Shown piece by piece: positions 62,534 to 64,000 of a stretch of 64,000 bases of DNA. Source of the stretch: Mobula hypostoma (lineage: Eukaryota); the NCBI RefSeq assembly GCF_963921235.1, contig NC_086108.1:47246001-47310000 (forward strand), written 5' to 3'. The translations under genes and the position numbers were made by a program. Within the stretch, counting starts at the first letter, position 1. Each line of letters starts with the position of its first letter. A model generated the notes under the pieces. The model was given only the letters and a program-made list of their open reading frames with translations, had not been told where the DNA came from and searched no databases.

Positions 62534-63354
62534 AATGTTCTTCATCCCCGTGAACTGTCTGCTTACACATTTCCTTCTCTCTGATTATACTTTCCTTCCT
62601 GATGAAGTGCTAGTACTCAGGCTTCTACTTCATAGCGTAACAGTGGTGAACGTGAACAAAAATGAGAATTTTATCAAGTCGTCCCTCCATTTCACTTCTT
62701 TACACTGGCTCTTTTCCCTCTACAATCCCAGACTCCACCTGAAGTGTCTACCACTCCTTGTCTCCATGGAAGCTGCTTGGTTTGCCGAGTTCCTCCAGCA
62801 GTTTATTTGTTGCTCCTGATTCCAGCATCTGCTGGGATCCTGCATTCCCTCATGGTGTCCAAAGAGCCAGCAGAGTACAGTTAGATTTCCCAGAATTTAC
62901 GCTCGGAAATCTCCATACATAGCCTGCTCTTGGTTAGAGCTCTTGGTAAGTAGATCAATTTGTCTGCTTGATCAGAAAGAAAAATATTGCAGAAAGATAG
63001 ACATGTAGAAAGTGATTTACTTTTTATATAAATGAATCCAATGAATTTAAACATTTCTATTTTTAAGTGTGCTAAACATTTAGTGTTTAAATATTTTAAC
63101 ATTTGTGATTTTAATATTTTCACTTTTGTATTGTATTTATGACTTTGAGTATTTGTTAATATCAAAGTTTTTTTTACAGACTTTCAATCTGTGTAGCATC
63201 TGATGAGTGTGGTGGTAAAGGCCTCACGAGTTAGCAATGCAGAGCCTGCCTGTTACTGGACTTCACTACACATCTTTAATCAATTTGCCAGGGACACACT
63301 ACATCCAAGTATAAGAACTAATAGCTCTGGCTGGTTTACGATCAGAATAAATAA

Positions 63355-63887
63355 GAATAAAAGCCTACAAAAAGTAGTGGATACAGCCCTGTCCATCACA
63401 GGTAAAGCCCTCCCCACCATTGAGCACATCTGCACTGAGCCCTATCACAGGAAAGTAGCATCCATCATCAAGGACCCCCACCTCCAGGCCATGCTCTCCT
63501 CCTGCTGCAGGAAGGAGGTTCAGGAGCCCTAGGTTCCCACCTCCAGGTTCAGGAACAGTTATTAGCCCTCAGCCATCAAGCTCCTGAATCAGAGGGGATA
63601 ACCTCACTCACCCCAACCCTAAGCTGAATACCACAGCCTATGGTTCACTTTTAAGGACCCTACGATTCATTCTGAATACTATTTACTTATGTATCTGTTC
63701 TGATTATTTTGTTTTTCTTCTTGTATTTGCACAATTTATTGTCTTTTTCACATTGTTTGTCCATCTTTGTAGATATCCATTGATTCTATTGTGCTTCTTT
63801 GTATTTACTGTGAATGCCTGCAAAAAATGAATCATGGGTATTATGGTGACACATATGTACTTTGATAATAAATTTACTTTGAACTTT
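63355..63887 (+). mobile_element. Rex1/Babar-type LINE 3' end
   Basis: LQKVVDTALSITGKALPTIEHI...IIKDPH in ORF 63203..63532; tail tactttgataataaatttactttgaacttt. Confidence 0.85.
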
Positions 63888-64000
63888 AAGACTAAGATCC
63901 AGCTTAACACGATTGGCTGAAACTCTGCACTCTGTTTTTCAAGCAGGGCTTAATTCATGGGGTAATGCCTCTGCCTCATGAAAGCATGAAGTATTGGTAC

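Noticed and set aside
61693..64000. Further upstream NIBAN1 exon, and a plus-strand exon-like segment 62885-62945 ending in G|GTAAGT
   Set aside because: No Niban-like peptide was found. The plus-strand segment has a poor acceptor and no partner exons or recognisable product.

Overview
Eukaryotic, repeat-rich vertebrate genomic DNA, most likely from a cartilaginous fish (inferred from HE1/V-SINE-type SINEs, abundant CR1 and Rex1/Babar LINEs and Penelope hairpin elements). Two genes lie in tandem on the minus strand. (i) The 3' end of NIBAN1/FAM129A: penultimate exon 61581-61692 and a long acidic terminal exon 54357-56095 with a 63/126-bp coding repeat. (ii) The promoter and coding exons 1-10 of EDEM3 (ATG 42589 down to 2836; 1059 nt, all GT-AG introns with consistent phases; the rest of the gene lies left of the window). 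The remainder is mostly transposable elements: CR1, Rex1/Babar, Penelope, Tc1, hAT/Charlie, pogo/Tigger and SINEs. Most notable observations: an inverted copy of the EDEM3 intron-6/exon-7 splice-acceptor region sitting 23 kb away in intron 1, with identity rising to a perfect 36 nt across the acceptor; an ATF4-like uORF arrangement ahead of a weak-context EDEM3 ATG; a core-intact minimal hammerhead motif in EDEM3 intron 10; and a higher-order tandem repeat in the NIBAN1 tail. Alignments were done by eye, repeat boundaries are approximate unless TIRs/TSDs are given, and no functional claim is tested.
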